DNA of 55,994 nucleotides, counting the filler, from Sphacelaria rigidula (taxonomy: Eukaryota): the NCBI GenBank assembly GCA_964200075.2. It is 6 parts of 6 records of this genome, joined end to end, with 100 filler letters (N's around TTAATTAATTAA, not from the genome) between each part and the next. Parts side by side here need not be neighbours in the genome. Positions count along the whole stretch, not along the records: positions 18,699 to 27,947 come from CAXNAA020008929.1; positions 28,048 to 37,296 come from CAXNAA020008930.1; positions 37,397 to 46,645 come from CAXNAA020008931.1; 3 more parts are not named here. The stretch is one strand, 5' to 3'. Under the pieces are notes generated by a model, which saw only the letters and a list, made by a program, of their open reading frames with translations, did no database searches and was not told the DNA's origin. The position numbers and the translations under genes are program-made. Positions 25,907 to 37,740 of the stretch are shown here, piece by piece; the stretch's first letter is position 1; every line of letters starts with the position of its first letter.

Positions 25907-27947
25907 GATAACCATGGCGCAACGCCCATCCTTTTGTCCTGTACGTCTTGTGGTTGTGGCACTGGCTTCAATCATTTGAAGAGAAGTTGGAGATACAGTA
26001 ATTTGATTGATCGATTCATCCAGAGACTGGTTGAATACACTCTAAATGCACTGCTGCTTTTTTTGTGTGTGTCTTGTTGGTTTGATTTTTGGTCGGTGCT
26101 GGGCGCGGAGAAGATAACGATGATGCATTTTTTGCCTTACAGTGAGTACTACGGTTTAACCCGTCTTTGTTGAGGTACCCAAAGGCATATGTGCTGTACA
26201 CTGTTGGCGAAGTGCTATGTACAGTACAACTGTTGCGTGTGTCTGATGTCCGCCCCTCCCATTCCCGCGCTTGCGTCACACGGCATCCGTTACGTCCGTT
26301 ACCTGATTCGGTGCTTACAGCGTTACACACACCGAGCAGCAGCAGTCGAGAGGACCCCCCCCGCCTTACGGTAAGCGGAATCCAATCATAGGGTGGAAAA
26401 TTGGCCATTGATTTGATACAGACGACTCTGTGGTCGGTAGTCGTACGGAGTTTAGCCGCGACCACTCGTGTATGTTGTTGTGGTGTAGTCATCATTCTGC
26501 GCTGCACAAAAGGCAACGGTGACGACTATTTCTGCAAGCTGAACAGTATCTATTTCACAGTCTTTTGTGCTACGATTGTATCGCTGCATCGAACCGTGTA
26601 AAAAAAAGACCGAACGACATGATCAGGTGTACCTGGACAGTGTTGAACCAATACAGGTACCGCCTCTAGTTGGTATGTTCTACCCAATAATCTACCCACT
26701 TGCTCGGCAGACGCTGGCGACTGCACTCACCTCGGTGAAAAAAAGGCTCAAATGTACCCGTTCCAGAGTTTGTTCTCTGGCAAACCTGTACCTGAACGTG
26801 GACTCCCCACCGAGTGTGGCGGTCGGGCGTTACTTTTTCGTAGCGGAAATTGTACCCGATTCTGGCTATTCGCACCAACACGGAGAATTTCGCCGTCGTT
26901 GAATCAGTGATCGAATCCAAACCCTTGTATTGATCCTGATCCTTCTTCACGCAGCAAAGTCGAACCAGTACACCACCGTGAAGCACCTGGCCTAACGATG
27001 ATACAGAGTGTCGTACACCAACTCGGTCGCTAGAAGCTTGAAAATGTCCAGGCGTACCCGATCGTGCTGCCTGTTTGCCTCAAGAAGCAACTCTGCGCTT
27101 TTCGCACGAAAAGCTACGGTAGGGGTTGCACTTTTCAAGCAGAAACATCTCTCGGGGTGTTGGACGGATCATTTTGAGAATCGGCACAATTTTTACTTGG
27201 AAAAGACTGAAGATGATGCCGATTCACGAAAAGGCCCCTGCGTGCAAACACCATGTTTCTGGTAGTCCGGTCCTTGGAGGTTTGGATTGCACAGTAAGCC
27301 CCATATATTTGGGCTTGTACAAAAAAAAAAAAGTGCAACCCCTACCGTAGCATTGCTCCGTGTATCATGTGCAGCTCGATGCGCCTCTCTGTCGGTACTT
27401 TCGTCGCGTTGATTCTCGACACGAGCCTGTCGCCGACTCTAACCGACAAGGATACACATTTTTCGTTTCTGTTTACTTTTTTACGTTTGGTTCTGTTGTT
27501 TGGGATAGACGGAGACGACGACTCTTCCGACAGCTCAGACGACGATGATGAGCAGGACTACAGCATGGGCGGTGCCACGCCAGAACAGGCAAGGACGATC
27601 CAGTTTTCTTGCGGTATCGATGGCATCGTTTTCTTCGGTGCACGTGATTGGACAGTAACAAAGTACCCTCTGACTGTGAGCTGAGCGCTGGATAGTCAAG
27701 AAAACTTGATAGTTTGCTCACCTCCCTCTTCCCCTGAAATGAATATGCAAATGCGCGGTCAGTTGCAGATTTCGTCGGAAGTTTCTGTAACTTTGCTCGC
27801 AGTGAAACCACTGGCTGCTGCGGGCATGTAGACTTGCGTGTTGCTTGCACACCCTCACCTCAGCTTCCTCTTTCTGAAGCTGAGCACGCTTCAAACTGGA
27901 TGCCTTGCCCACTCGTTTTTATTTTCGTTTTTCTTCGCCCCCCCCCC

Positions 27948-28047
27948 NNNNNNNNNNNNNNNNNNNNNNNNNNNNNNNNNNNNNNNNNNNNTTAATTAAT
28001 TAANNNNNNNNNNNNNNNNNNNNNNNNNNNNNNNNNNNNNNNNNNNN
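27948..28047. other. Artificial 100-bp contig linker
   Basis: Same N/TTAATTAATTAA/N pattern. Confidence 0.97.
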
Positions 28048-28643
28048 CTGTGAAAGTACTTCTTCACCCGCCCCGGGAGATGACTGTTCGGGCCAATGCC
28101 AATGCTAGGGGTCCGGTTAGCGGATTCGTACTTTACTTTGTGCGGGGGTACACATGCGTTCGGGACCGTTCGAACGGGCGCGCGATCGCGGTGGTCTTGC
28201 AATGTTTCCGGCGGGCATGAACATTATTTCGAGAGAGGATATATTGTCACGAGGGCTGTCACGAGGACTTGGCAAGGCAAGAATACCGAGACCCTCGGAA
28301 AAGACGGACGGGACCGGGGCGCAGCCCCGGGTCCCGTGCGGCTTGTATATANNNNNNNNNTTGAGCCGCCGTCTGTCCCCGGTGTGTGTTGTGTGTACGT
28401 GTTGTTGTCCCATCTATTCTGGACACCGGTCTACACCTTTCGGTATATGTGGGCGCACCAGCCGGGGTCACACAGGAGGAAGGCCAACACAATTTGTTTC
28501 GTTTGTTTGTTTGTTTTCGTTCTCAACCTTCCTTCTGCGGTACCTGTCTTTCTTTTTATCGCGAGAGAGGTTCAGCACTTCCTTTCCCTCGTCGACCATT
28601 AGGTCGAATTTTGTGTACCCACGGCATAGTCGCTCTCCACTGT

Positions 28644-29460
28644 TATGCCCGTGAATGATGACCCTAGCGACCAAAAATCCGTGGGCAAAACACAGTGAAA
28701 AGAAACGCCGAGGAATAATTACGAATGATGAAGACGTCATGGACTGGTCGGACGTTTGCCTCACCTCTGCCGAGCAAAACACACGCTCCATCCCAAGTCA
28801 CCCAAGTTTAGTATGCGACACATGTGATTGTTTCATCGCGATTTTCTCGAGGCAGGCAGCAAACCGGCCTGTGGCACTTCACAGCCCCCCGCACACACAC
28901 TACACCCAGTCAATGTAGCGGCGGAGTTGCTCAACTCGCCACAGCGGGTCCGAAAAGCCCCAGATTGTCGAAGAAAACGCGTATTTTTGTACATTTCGTG
29001 TTCGGTGAATTGGTTTGCAAAGTGCTGCGGCCTCCGCAGCATGCGCTACGGAAATTCGCCGTCATTCTGACTAGTTCTGGTATGTGGGAAGCGCACGCAT
29101 CAAACCGCAGTCTAATCCTCTGCTTCGTTGCCGAGAAAAACTGCGTTGAAAGATTTAGGCACAAGAACATACTGCAGCAAGAGGGGCACAACAACAACAC
29201 GAGCAGCAGCTTCTATCGTCCTGTTGTAACCCTGTGTACAGATGTACAGCAACGTCAGTCACAGGTTTGTCGTAGAATGTACTATAGTAATGGTAGATTT
29301 GGTATGAGCATCGTCGTCATTTCGAGTGACGCATGTATTTGTGATTGATATTGATTGGCTCATGTAGGTCTCATTTCTTCTGCGTTCAACCGACGGTGTA
29401 GTCGGTCGATCCATTTTCCCGATATATAGTGCCCAGAATCGGGCCCCATTCACCGGCGTA
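28644..29460. mobile_element. Non-autonomous TIR element with an apparent 5-bp target duplication (ACTGT)
   Basis: Ends TATGCCCGTGAATG and CATTCACCGGCGTA are inverted at 12/14 positions; ACTGT lies at 28639-28643 and, after removing the nested MITE, at 29690-29694. Confidence 0.65.
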
Positions 29461-29461
29461 A

Positions 29462-29687
29462 GGCCGCTTCTTATAGACTGAAAAAAATCTGTCTGGGAAC
29501 TGCCCTTTTGAACCCTTCATCACGGATTATTGGCGGAATACGAGCCTTGGCGGATTTGGCCTCCTCGGAAATATTTGCTAAATGTTTCACGAGGGTTCTA
29601 GCGCCCGTATTCCACCAATAATCCGTGATGAAGGGTTCAAAAGGGCAGTTCTCAGACAAAAAAGAAAACAATTTGTAAGAAGCGGCC
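29462..29687. mobile_element. PIF/Harbinger-type (Tourist-like) palindromic MITE, 226 bp, TAA target duplication
   Basis: TAA|GGCCGCTTCTTA...TAAGAAGCGGCC|TAA; long internal inverted arms GAACTGCCCTTTTGAACCCTTCATCACGGATTATTGG / CCAATAATCCGTGATGAAGGGTTCAAAAGGGCAGTTC. Confidence 0.88.
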
Positions 29688-30435
29688 TAACTGTTGGGCA
29701 TCGTGTGCGGGATATCCCAGTTCGTTCCGAGAATTGAACCCACGACCCAACCATCACAAGGAGTCGAGGTCACCAACTGAGCCACCGGGGCGACCGGCTG
29801 ACTTTACGGCCACATGTTTCGGGTTTTTGAAGCCAAGGATTCGGGAGTCTTCTTTCATGGGTTGTGTCAGACAGAGATCACGATCTGTTTGACGGATAAA
29901 TAAGTTGGAAGCCTTGTGTTGTACTGTCCGGGAGTACAGTAGTGGGAGGGTTCGAATCCCACCCAAGATGTACGGAGTTTTTCTTGGAGTGGTTCTAAGG
30001 CAGGGGTGCACAATTTGTTTCCAAGGCTCTGCACTGTTGTAGGCTAGCCTCTCGATGATACACACACACACATATGGGGCTTCAGTGTCCAGCCTCAGAA
30101 AACCTTCGGGCTGCACTGTGCATGCACCCCTGCCAGAAGAATCACTCCTTGGAGATATTTAACTCTTGTCTTCGAAATTGTGAGGAAGAGAGTAACACGG
30201 GAACACTGACGAAAATGGATGCTGTGTGGTGCGCGCGCGGGAGTGCGGATCCAATCCACGGCACCATCATGTCGAAGGCAGGGCGGGCAGGTATCGCTAC
30301 CATAGGAAAGACGGGCGGGTTGATTGTCTCGAGAATACGGATTCGTCCTGAGGAAGACAAGGGTTTATTAAGCATGGCGAAGAAGAAAAAACAAACTTGA
30401 GTAACGCCGCGATAGCCCCCGCCCCCCTCTCCCCC

Positions 30436-30942
30436 AAACGTGCTCCGTCTCAAAAGGGGTGCGTGGTCAATGGTCGAACGACCAAGTCAAGCAACGAATG
30501 AGTACGCCCCCCCCCTTTGGACGCTGCGAAAAATGTGAAACTGCGATTTCGGGTGGGGGATCTGGACCCTTCAGAAAGAAGAGAGATATATACCAGTCGT
30601 CGGAAGGAGGAGGAAGTAGATGGGCAGAACTGCCCCTGTGGCGAAGGAATATAGAGAGCAGAAGTCATGTAGTGGCAGAATGTGAACTATACAAGGAGGA
30701 ACGGGACGTGCTAAAGAGGGAAATGCGGGACGTAAATGAAGATATCGTGGAATCGTTTGATGCATTCGACAGTAGGGAGAAAACGATGCCTGTACTAGGA
30801 GATAGATGACGACCAGAGACGGTGAAACGGGGTGGAGGTAAGATATGTAAAAGGTTTTCGTGTAATGTATGGAAGAAACGTAATGAGCGCCGGAATGTTG
30901 GAGGTGGCTCTATCAGGAGTAGGAACGGTGCTCCGTCTCGAA
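30436..30942 (+). mobile_element. Degenerate non-LTR retrotransposon (LINE) ORF2 C-terminal fragments, the extreme 3' end placed before the upstream part
   Basis: Frameshifted peptide KLRFRVGDLD...NCPCG/IESRSHVVAECELYKEER...LGDR*...NVWKKRN resembles the post-RT CCHC knuckle and W..RN motif of LINE ORF2. GTGCTCCGTCTC occurs at 30440 and 30928; 30463-30515 matches the reverse complement of 55941-55994. Confidence 0.75.
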
Positions 30943-30959
30943 TATTGTCTTCCCCTTTG

Positions 30960-31062
30960 TCCAAAAAATAAAATCCATCCATCAGAATAAATCCAACCAT
31001 CCAAAAAATAAAATCCAACCATCCATCAAAGCAAATCCAACCATTCAACCATCCATCCTCAA
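30960..31062 (+). repeat. Degenerate minisatellite of (AAATCCAACCATCC)-like units
   Basis: About five imperfect tandem units are visible. Confidence 0.7.
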
Positions 31063-32537
31063 TCAACGTTCAATTAATATTCTTGAACAAATATTCCTGC
31101 TTGCTGACCAGCATAAAAGGAGCATAATTGCGACATGCGACATTATTTGTTTGAGTAGATCGAGTACCACCTCCAATACTCTACTCAAAAATTGAGTACT
31201 AAAAAGACGACTCTTCGAAAATACTGAGTACAGTATTGAGTATACTCTACTCGACCTGCCCTTGAACATTTGATCCCAAAGTTTGGGGATCGGGATATTC
31301 TACTCTTAGTCTTCGCAAAAGTAATGGTTGTACAGACCCTCAAATTTGGAGATCGGGAGCCGACAAAAAACGTGATTGGTCAAGAACACCCCATCAATCA
31401 GCCTGTAAGTCGTTCAACATTGAGCGCAAAAATGACTTTAATTTCGGAATGTGGAGCGGATGCATAGTATCTCCCGGTCCTCAACTGCGGGATCGAACGA
31501 TCACTGGGATGAGGGGTGGCACGCGAGAAAACTATTCAAATGACCGACTACGAAAAATTTCAATATTCTCCTGATTCCAATGTTAACAACTGTAGCGGCG
31601 AAATGGTTTCTCGACCAATCAACGGGCTTCAAAATGTGATCTTAATCAAATGTACGATTTTCCAACTTATTTCCCTCCACTCTTCACATGCTTCAAATCG
31701 CACAGTACTGGCCATCAGCTTGGGAATCTAACGGGGAAACGTTCTTGAAAACGGTAACTATGATATCGAATCATTCCTCAAACCGTGGTAATTCGATGAT
31801 GCGGGGTTTTGGCGGCGTCAGATTTCCTCTCATGGCATGCACAAATACAAAAATCTGCGGGCGGTTTCCCTTACATGTGTAGGAGAAGGCTCAGATCGCC
31901 GTCGAACTTGGCAGTTTGGTGGCTATTGGTGCCCCAGATGTAGAAAAAAAGTATTGTTGAGATATTATAAGTTTTTTCGCTCTTTGCTGACTTCCGGGGG
32001 CCCAGGTGTCGAGACCCCCGGAGGCCGGTACAGAATGCCTCAACAAAAAAAGTAGAATATTATCGTCCCGTGGTAGTCCAAGGAACATTCGTGCGAGATT
32101 TCGTTGCGGAACTCGATAAACTGATGGAAGGGGGTCGTTGTCACGTCGAAAAAGGCCCTTTATACTTACTAATACTAAAATCAACTAGTTGGGAGATTGT
32201 ACCGGTCATTCAGGCACACTTCCGCAAAATTTCACGCAGGTTTTGAAGTCAGGCTCCGAAAAATTGCACACATGTTCTTGAGATCATTTACGAAACTTTC
32301 TGACACGGGGGTGTTCGATTTTTATTTGTCACCACTTATTGGAGGTCCCAGAACGGCATGTGATCCCCGGAATCTCCCAGAACCCGATCACTGGTGAAAA
32401 AAAAAAACACGTCCTCTGAAAGTTTTGTAGTGACCTTAGGTACATTACATGTTTGCAATTTTCAGTCTAACTCCAAACACCAGCGTGAAGTTTTGCGGAC
32501 GAGTGTATTTGGGGTGTTCACCGCAAAGGTTATGGCA

Positions 32538-32768
32538 TATATACACAGGTAGTGAGTGCACTTGTTTCTATTCCGATTGTTCCATACTAAAATATTATAT
32601 GAAAAAAAAAAGTCGTCTGTGACCCACAGACGGTGCAGTTGGATATATATATATATATATACAAAATGTATACATAGGTAGTGACTTGTTTCTGTTCTGA
32701 TTGTGTCCCATACTAAAACATACGAAGTATATGAAAACAATCCCAACTGCACCGTCTGTGTGTCACAA
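32538..32768. repeat. Mixed direct and inverted duplication
   Basis: AGGTAGTGA..CTTGTTTCT.TTC.GATTGT..CCATACTAAAA occurs twice in direct orientation; CACAGACGGTGCAGTTGG and CCAACTGCACCGTCTGTG are inverted. Confidence 0.65.
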
Positions 32769-33120
32769 ATGATGACGAATATCCCAGCGAGTGCACTACC
32801 CATGTATATATGTCATAACCTTTGGTTCACCGTGAAGCAGTCTACTTGTGAACCCGCGCACACGCCAGCGAAACGTACCTCCAGCTTACTTGTGTGTTTT
32901 GCGATACCCTCCAAAATATGAAGACCCGCGACACAATGCAACAACGTAACCGTGTTCGCTTCCTGAACAAAAGATATGCTGTGTGGTCCGTCCCGGCATG
33001 ACACATGGGTGATCTCCGGTGCCCTTGCCCCTCTCACTGGTTTAATGGGTAAACTGTTCGCTTCCTGAACAAACCCAGCTTCCCTCCCGCCCCATTCACA
33101 AGGTATCGTCACCGTCCACC

Positions 33121-36100
33121 ATGGCTAGCATCATCACCAAAACCTCGGACGAGGTAGACCTTGTGTACGGCTTACCCCCAGACTCCACGACAGGCGGTTG
33201 CGTCGTGCAGCGATCCTTTGAACACGACCTTCGCACCGCGGGCGCAACGGTCCGCACCTACGTTGGCTCCACCCTTCAGAGCGCCGCAGCGGTCTACCGT
33301 ACTCTGATGGACGGGGACCGGGAACACGATAATGAAGCGACAAACCGCGTGTTGCTCGTCGACGGCATCGCTTTGCTGTTCTTGAGGGACAAGCTGCAAG
33401 CTCTGCGGGATGGTGGAGGGGGCGGTAACAGCCGGTCAAGCACGGGGAGGCGTTTTTTGGTTGGCCTTGTGCATTGTCCAATCGGGTAAGAAGGTCGTAA
33501 CTGCAAAGTCGGGAATATGGGGTTGAAGGAAGGTAGATTGCTGATGTGCAGGGATTTTTTTTATTTTGTTTTTTCTCGGTCACTCTTTTCTTCTGGGTAG
33601 TCCAAATTTGCTTTTGTTCGGGTGTCGTGGGTGTCATCTTCGGGAATTTAGCCTTCAGAACGTCGTCAGTTCCTTCGCTTTCAGGATCCGCATCCATTCC
33701 TTGTGTCAGTCCGTGTCTCGACTGCCGAGTCTAAACACGGTGGCCTTCGCCCACGATTCGTCGTTGATTGCTTGTACTGCCTCCAAAAACTGTAAAAAAA
33801 AACTGTACAGCAAGCGCTTCTACCGACAAGAGCCATGGCTGTGAGCCGCGCTTCCCCAGCACCTGCTTGATGCACCCGACGGCACGGGGCTCCAAAGAGA
33901 AGAGATGCGTCTCTTCGCCATTTTGGATCGAATCGCTGCCGTCGACGCAACATGCCAATCTATCCTCATCAAGAGGTACAGCGTGCCTCAGACCTCCATC
34001 ATTTTACTAGAGCCCGCATTCCGTTCCCCACCACCGCAGTCAAGCGACGATCTTCGCGGAGCGGAGGGCACAACGACCAAAAGAGAAAACGGGATTCCAC
34101 GGAAGCACCTTCCAGGTTGTACGATGAACGAACACGAACAGACGAGCGTAGGCATCTCCGGTACAGATGCAAATGGCAATGGTGCTGTGTACCCGGGTTC
34201 TAGCACGGTGCCAGTGAAGATGGAGCCGACGGAAGCAGGCGTGGGGGGCAACAAAAACTCGCCTTCGGTTCGTTTCGGTTGGCACGTTGTGCCCACGAAA
34301 ACATCAGCTCAGGCTGATTGCTGCATTCGCCGCATCATGCACCGCCCACCCGTATGAACTGAGGGGATCAATATTGTCGCTCATTGGCGGCGAAGGGGGT
34401 GATCCCGCATACGCAGCACGGGTGACCGCCGCCGTCGCTACCGTTACCGCCGCCGGTAGCGGCCATGCCCCCATCGGTAGCGGTCCAGCGCTTGGTGATG
34501 TCGCACCGTGTGAAATTCGTCGAATAGCGATGCTTTCCTCTTCAGCTCTCGTCTAGAGAGCTGGATCATCATCTTGAGACACTCCACCAGCCAGCACTAT
34601 CTCGTTTATTTCGATGCGCGACAGTAGGCGCATCCCATATGAACCAGACCTCCTCGAAGCGATGCAGCGACCGCACTCCCCCCCCCCCCCCCCCCACCCG
34701 GTCCACGGTTAGACACCCATGAGGCAGTGTAAAAGCTGCGGCTGTCCCGTTGAAGCGGCTTTCCTAGGTATTCCGGTGATTTTTACGAGGGTGGGTGCGC
34801 AGGTCCAGTCACTCCCTTCGGAATCTACCATATGGGTGGGGAGAGAGGAGGTGGATGAAGAAGAAGACGGACAGGCGAACGTTGCCACCAACGTGTCAAA
34901 CGGCGATTCTTGCGTCGCTGGTCGCCGTAGGGGCAACGAATCGAAATATGGCTGCAAGGGCTGTGATTCATCCATTGAGAGCGGGGGATCGCTGGCGTCT
35001 GTATCAGACTGGGACGCTGCCCTGGTCTGCTTCGCTCGGTTCCGATCTGAGCTGAAGGCCGAAGCTAGGCGGGCTAGACCGGAGCTCGAGCAGCGGTTCG
35101 GGAAGGCAGCGTTGGCCCGCTCAAGGACCCGTACAGTACAGGTTTTACTGAGACCGAAACCGCCAGGCGACACACAAGAATTATTTTCATCACTGTCGCC
35201 GTCCTCGCGGGCCACGCCGCCGGTCAAACGCACCGCTGACTATGAGAGCTCGGAGAAAGAATATGCAGCGTCCGCGGGGGGCTCAGGTGTAGAAGGCGCT
35301 GCGATGGAGGAGAAAGAACGCGTCCGTCGCGCAACCGTGATGCATGCCCTTGCGTGTGTCTGCGCTGGAGTGTTGTCCCTCTACAGGACCGGCGGTGGGC
35401 TTGGCGCGCTCGGCGGTCTCGTGTCGGGGCAGGCGCTCCTGCTTGTTAGCCTCGCGCCACCGATGTCGCCGGCGAATGTTGTCACCATTGTTCGGGGGTT
35501 CATTCCTCCGGCGGTGGTGTTGTAGAAGGCTGGCGCCGACTTTGGTGAGGTGAGGACACTCTTGCTTGCGCAGGTCGGACACAAGGGCGGTCCCGACCAA
35601 TTTGATATGCACCAAGAACGGAGAATTCTTGCAGCTCCGGAGTACTTGGTGGTCATGACGGTTTCCTGGTGTGGGAACAAGTCCGTTTGGGCTTTTACTT
35701 TGGGCTTAGCTTGGGCCAGGGTCGGCAGATAAGGGGATCGTATGAGCAGGTGTTTAAATGGCTAGTCCGACGGTGATGGGGTGAGCATTGGCCGCACAAG
35801 TCATTCCCCGGCTGTTCCCCTGCAAGTGTACACCCACCCCCCACGACCATTGTTCTCTGTGATACACGCTTTCGTGGCGGTCGTTGTTGTTGTTGTTGTT
35901 GTTGTTGTTGTCGTTGTCTTCACATTAAAAACCGTTCCGATATCTGAGCGTGTTAAGACTTTTTTTTCGTCATTTTCGATAACATATAATACATGATGGA
36001 CCTGATCAGAGTGTTTTGCGCACGAAGATTTCCATCTACCGGCAATCGCTCTCTCGTGTATAGGTAACATCGATCTTGTATCTACCGTGAGTGACAAACA

Positions 36101-36554
36101 GCTGCAAGTCCCGCACAGGCTACAGACGCAATAATTCCCCCTTTCCGAAATTCGTACGATCTGAAGTGTTTATTTCTACAAGCTTTGGGCAGAACAAGTT
36201 TTTTGGAGCAGACGTTGTATCTTGTATCCTTTCGTGGAAGCACTAATTTGACCCCGTCCCGTCCCCAAAACCCCGTGATTCCTTCCCATTCGAACTGGCA
36301 TGTATATCTCCTCCGATTATGCATATTCTCACCAATAACGAACTGGGACTGTACGGCCGCATGCACGTGAAGCGCTGATGCAGGTGCAAGCGGCAGACGT
36401 GTCCGCCTTTGGCGCGCTTTTCGTGGCGCTAGACATGGTGGACGAGGCTCTGGCGCGGAGATCTAAAACTGAGCCGACCAGCACTGGAGCTGCGCTGGAC
36501 GTGGAAAGTGACTCAATGGCGGTGCTTTTTCTCAGCCTTGCGGCCAGTCGAAGG
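33121..36554 (+). pseudogene. Pseudogenised fusion gene: GT-B family-4 glycosyltransferase followed by a CDP-alcohol phosphotransferase membrane domain; exons ~33121-33485, ~33811-34510, ~34712-35549, 36384-36554; 3' end missing
   Basis: GT4-like motifs in order: PPDSTTGG, LLVDGIAL, LVGLVHCP, YSVPQTSIILLEP, RFVSVGTLCPRKHQ, DPAYAARV, VEAAFLGIPVIFTRVGA. Then PANVVTIVRG and LDMVDEALARRSKTEPTSTGAALDVESD (DxxDGxxAR..GxxxDxxxD with G changed to E). Lesions: in-frame TGA 33842, frameshift near 34240-34260, in-frame TAG 35523. Confidence 0.8.
35879..35917 (+). repeat. (GTT)n microsatellite, intronic
   Basis: About 13 GTY units. Confidence 0.9.
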
Positions 36555-36979
36555 GTGAGGAGCGAGAGCATAGCTGTCTTGTAGAATAATCCCGTGCTCC
36601 CATAAGAAATGGATACGACTGGTGTTTCTGTGTGCCCTCCCGGTTTGCCCGTGACTTGGTCGATCGCATTTGGGAGTTTTTTTTTTCCATCACACTTCAA
36701 CCCCCCCCCCCCCCCCTCTTTTCTGTCTTCGTGGTGGGGCGGGGTTGTGCGAGGGTGGATATAAACCCACAGGCNNNNNNNNNNTTTTCCTCTTCTCTTG
36801 GTGTGTTTGTTTTGGGGGTTCTTTTTTCCCATCCCCCTCCCACCCCCCCCCCCCCTTCTGTTTCCCTCATGGGCTTGGCGTCGGTTGGCAACGACGTTAT
36901 ACAACACACCACTGACTTCGTAAGCTAGGTAACCATGTTACCGTTTGTTTTCTGCTTGCGTTTTTCCTGCGGTAACTAT

Positions 36980-37296
36980 GATGGTGGTCGAGCTGGATCA
37001 TATTGTGCGGGGTGAGAGAACCTCAACTCTATGCAAAGGGCATGATCATACGGTATAGTGTTGAAATGGTGAAAACCACATGAGGCAGTGGGTAACCTGT
37101 GGCTGCCTGTGGAAATGGCAATACCAGAAGCAACATATTCGAGGCTGTCATCCACATGCAAGATCATCAGTACGATTGAGGCCGGACAATCTTAGCAGGA
37201 TACAACTCATCCTTCATGCGACTCGCTGAACATATCACGGCGCTTTGTGCTTGGTGATTGATTGCGAGCCTAGTCCGGCGAAAACCCGGCGTGCTC
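36980..37296 (-). repeat. Interspersed repeat family R1, cut by the segment end
   Basis: Reverse complement aligns with ~19168-19490. Confidence 0.8.
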
Positions 37297-37396
37297 NNNN
37301 NNNNNNNNNNNNNNNNNNNNNNNNNNNNNNNNNNNNNNNNTTAATTAATTAANNNNNNNNNNNNNNNNNNNNNNNNNNNNNNNNNNNNNNNNNNNN
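37297..37396. other. Artificial 100-bp contig linker
   Basis: Same N/TTAATTAATTAA/N pattern. Confidence 0.97.
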
Positions 37397-37426
37397 TGTC
37401 TGTGGCTCGTCTTGTAAGACGCCGGC

Positions 37427-37740
37427 GACGATATCGCGGGTGGTCGTGTTAAGCTCGAATCGGCTGGGGTGCGCCGCCCTTCCCCGTCCCGTGTTGTGTT
37501 GGGGGATGATTTTCAAAGAGGACGGCGACGATGTCGCGGGTGGTGGTGTTAAGCCCGAATCGGCTGGGGTGCGCCGCCCTTTCCCGCCCAGTGTTGTGTC
37601 GGGGGATGATTTTCAAAGGGGGCTGCGACGATGTCGCGGGTGGTGGTGTTAAGCTCGAATCGGCTGGGGTGCGCCGCCCTTCCCCGTCCCGTGTTGTGTC
37701 GGGGGATTGTCTTAAAGATGGCGGCGACAAAGTCGCGAGT
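37427..37740. repeat. GC-rich tandem repeat, 100-bp unit, three copies plus a partial
   Basis: GACGAT.TCGCGGGTGGT.GTGTTAAGC.CGAATCGGCTGGGGTGCGCCGCCCTT starts at 37427, 37527 and 37627; a remnant lies near 37930. Confidence 0.92.

Larger units (their letters stand above)
28382..29798 (-). mobile_element. tRNA-derived SINE split in two (28382-28643 and 29690-29798) by a ~1-kb insertion
   Basis: The two parts rejoin at CCACTGT|TGGGCA, as in the uninterrupted stretch of the copy near 11853-11864; head GCCGGTCGCCCCGGTGGCTCAGTTGG ends at 29798. Confidence 0.85.

Noticed and set aside
33842-33844. In-frame TGA as selenocysteine
   Set aside because: The same gene has a TAG, a frameshift and a degraded catalytic motif; decay is simpler.
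37427-37740. Repeat units as a CRISPR array
   Set aside because: The whole 100-bp unit is repeated with no unique spacers, there are no cas genes, and the context is eukaryotic.
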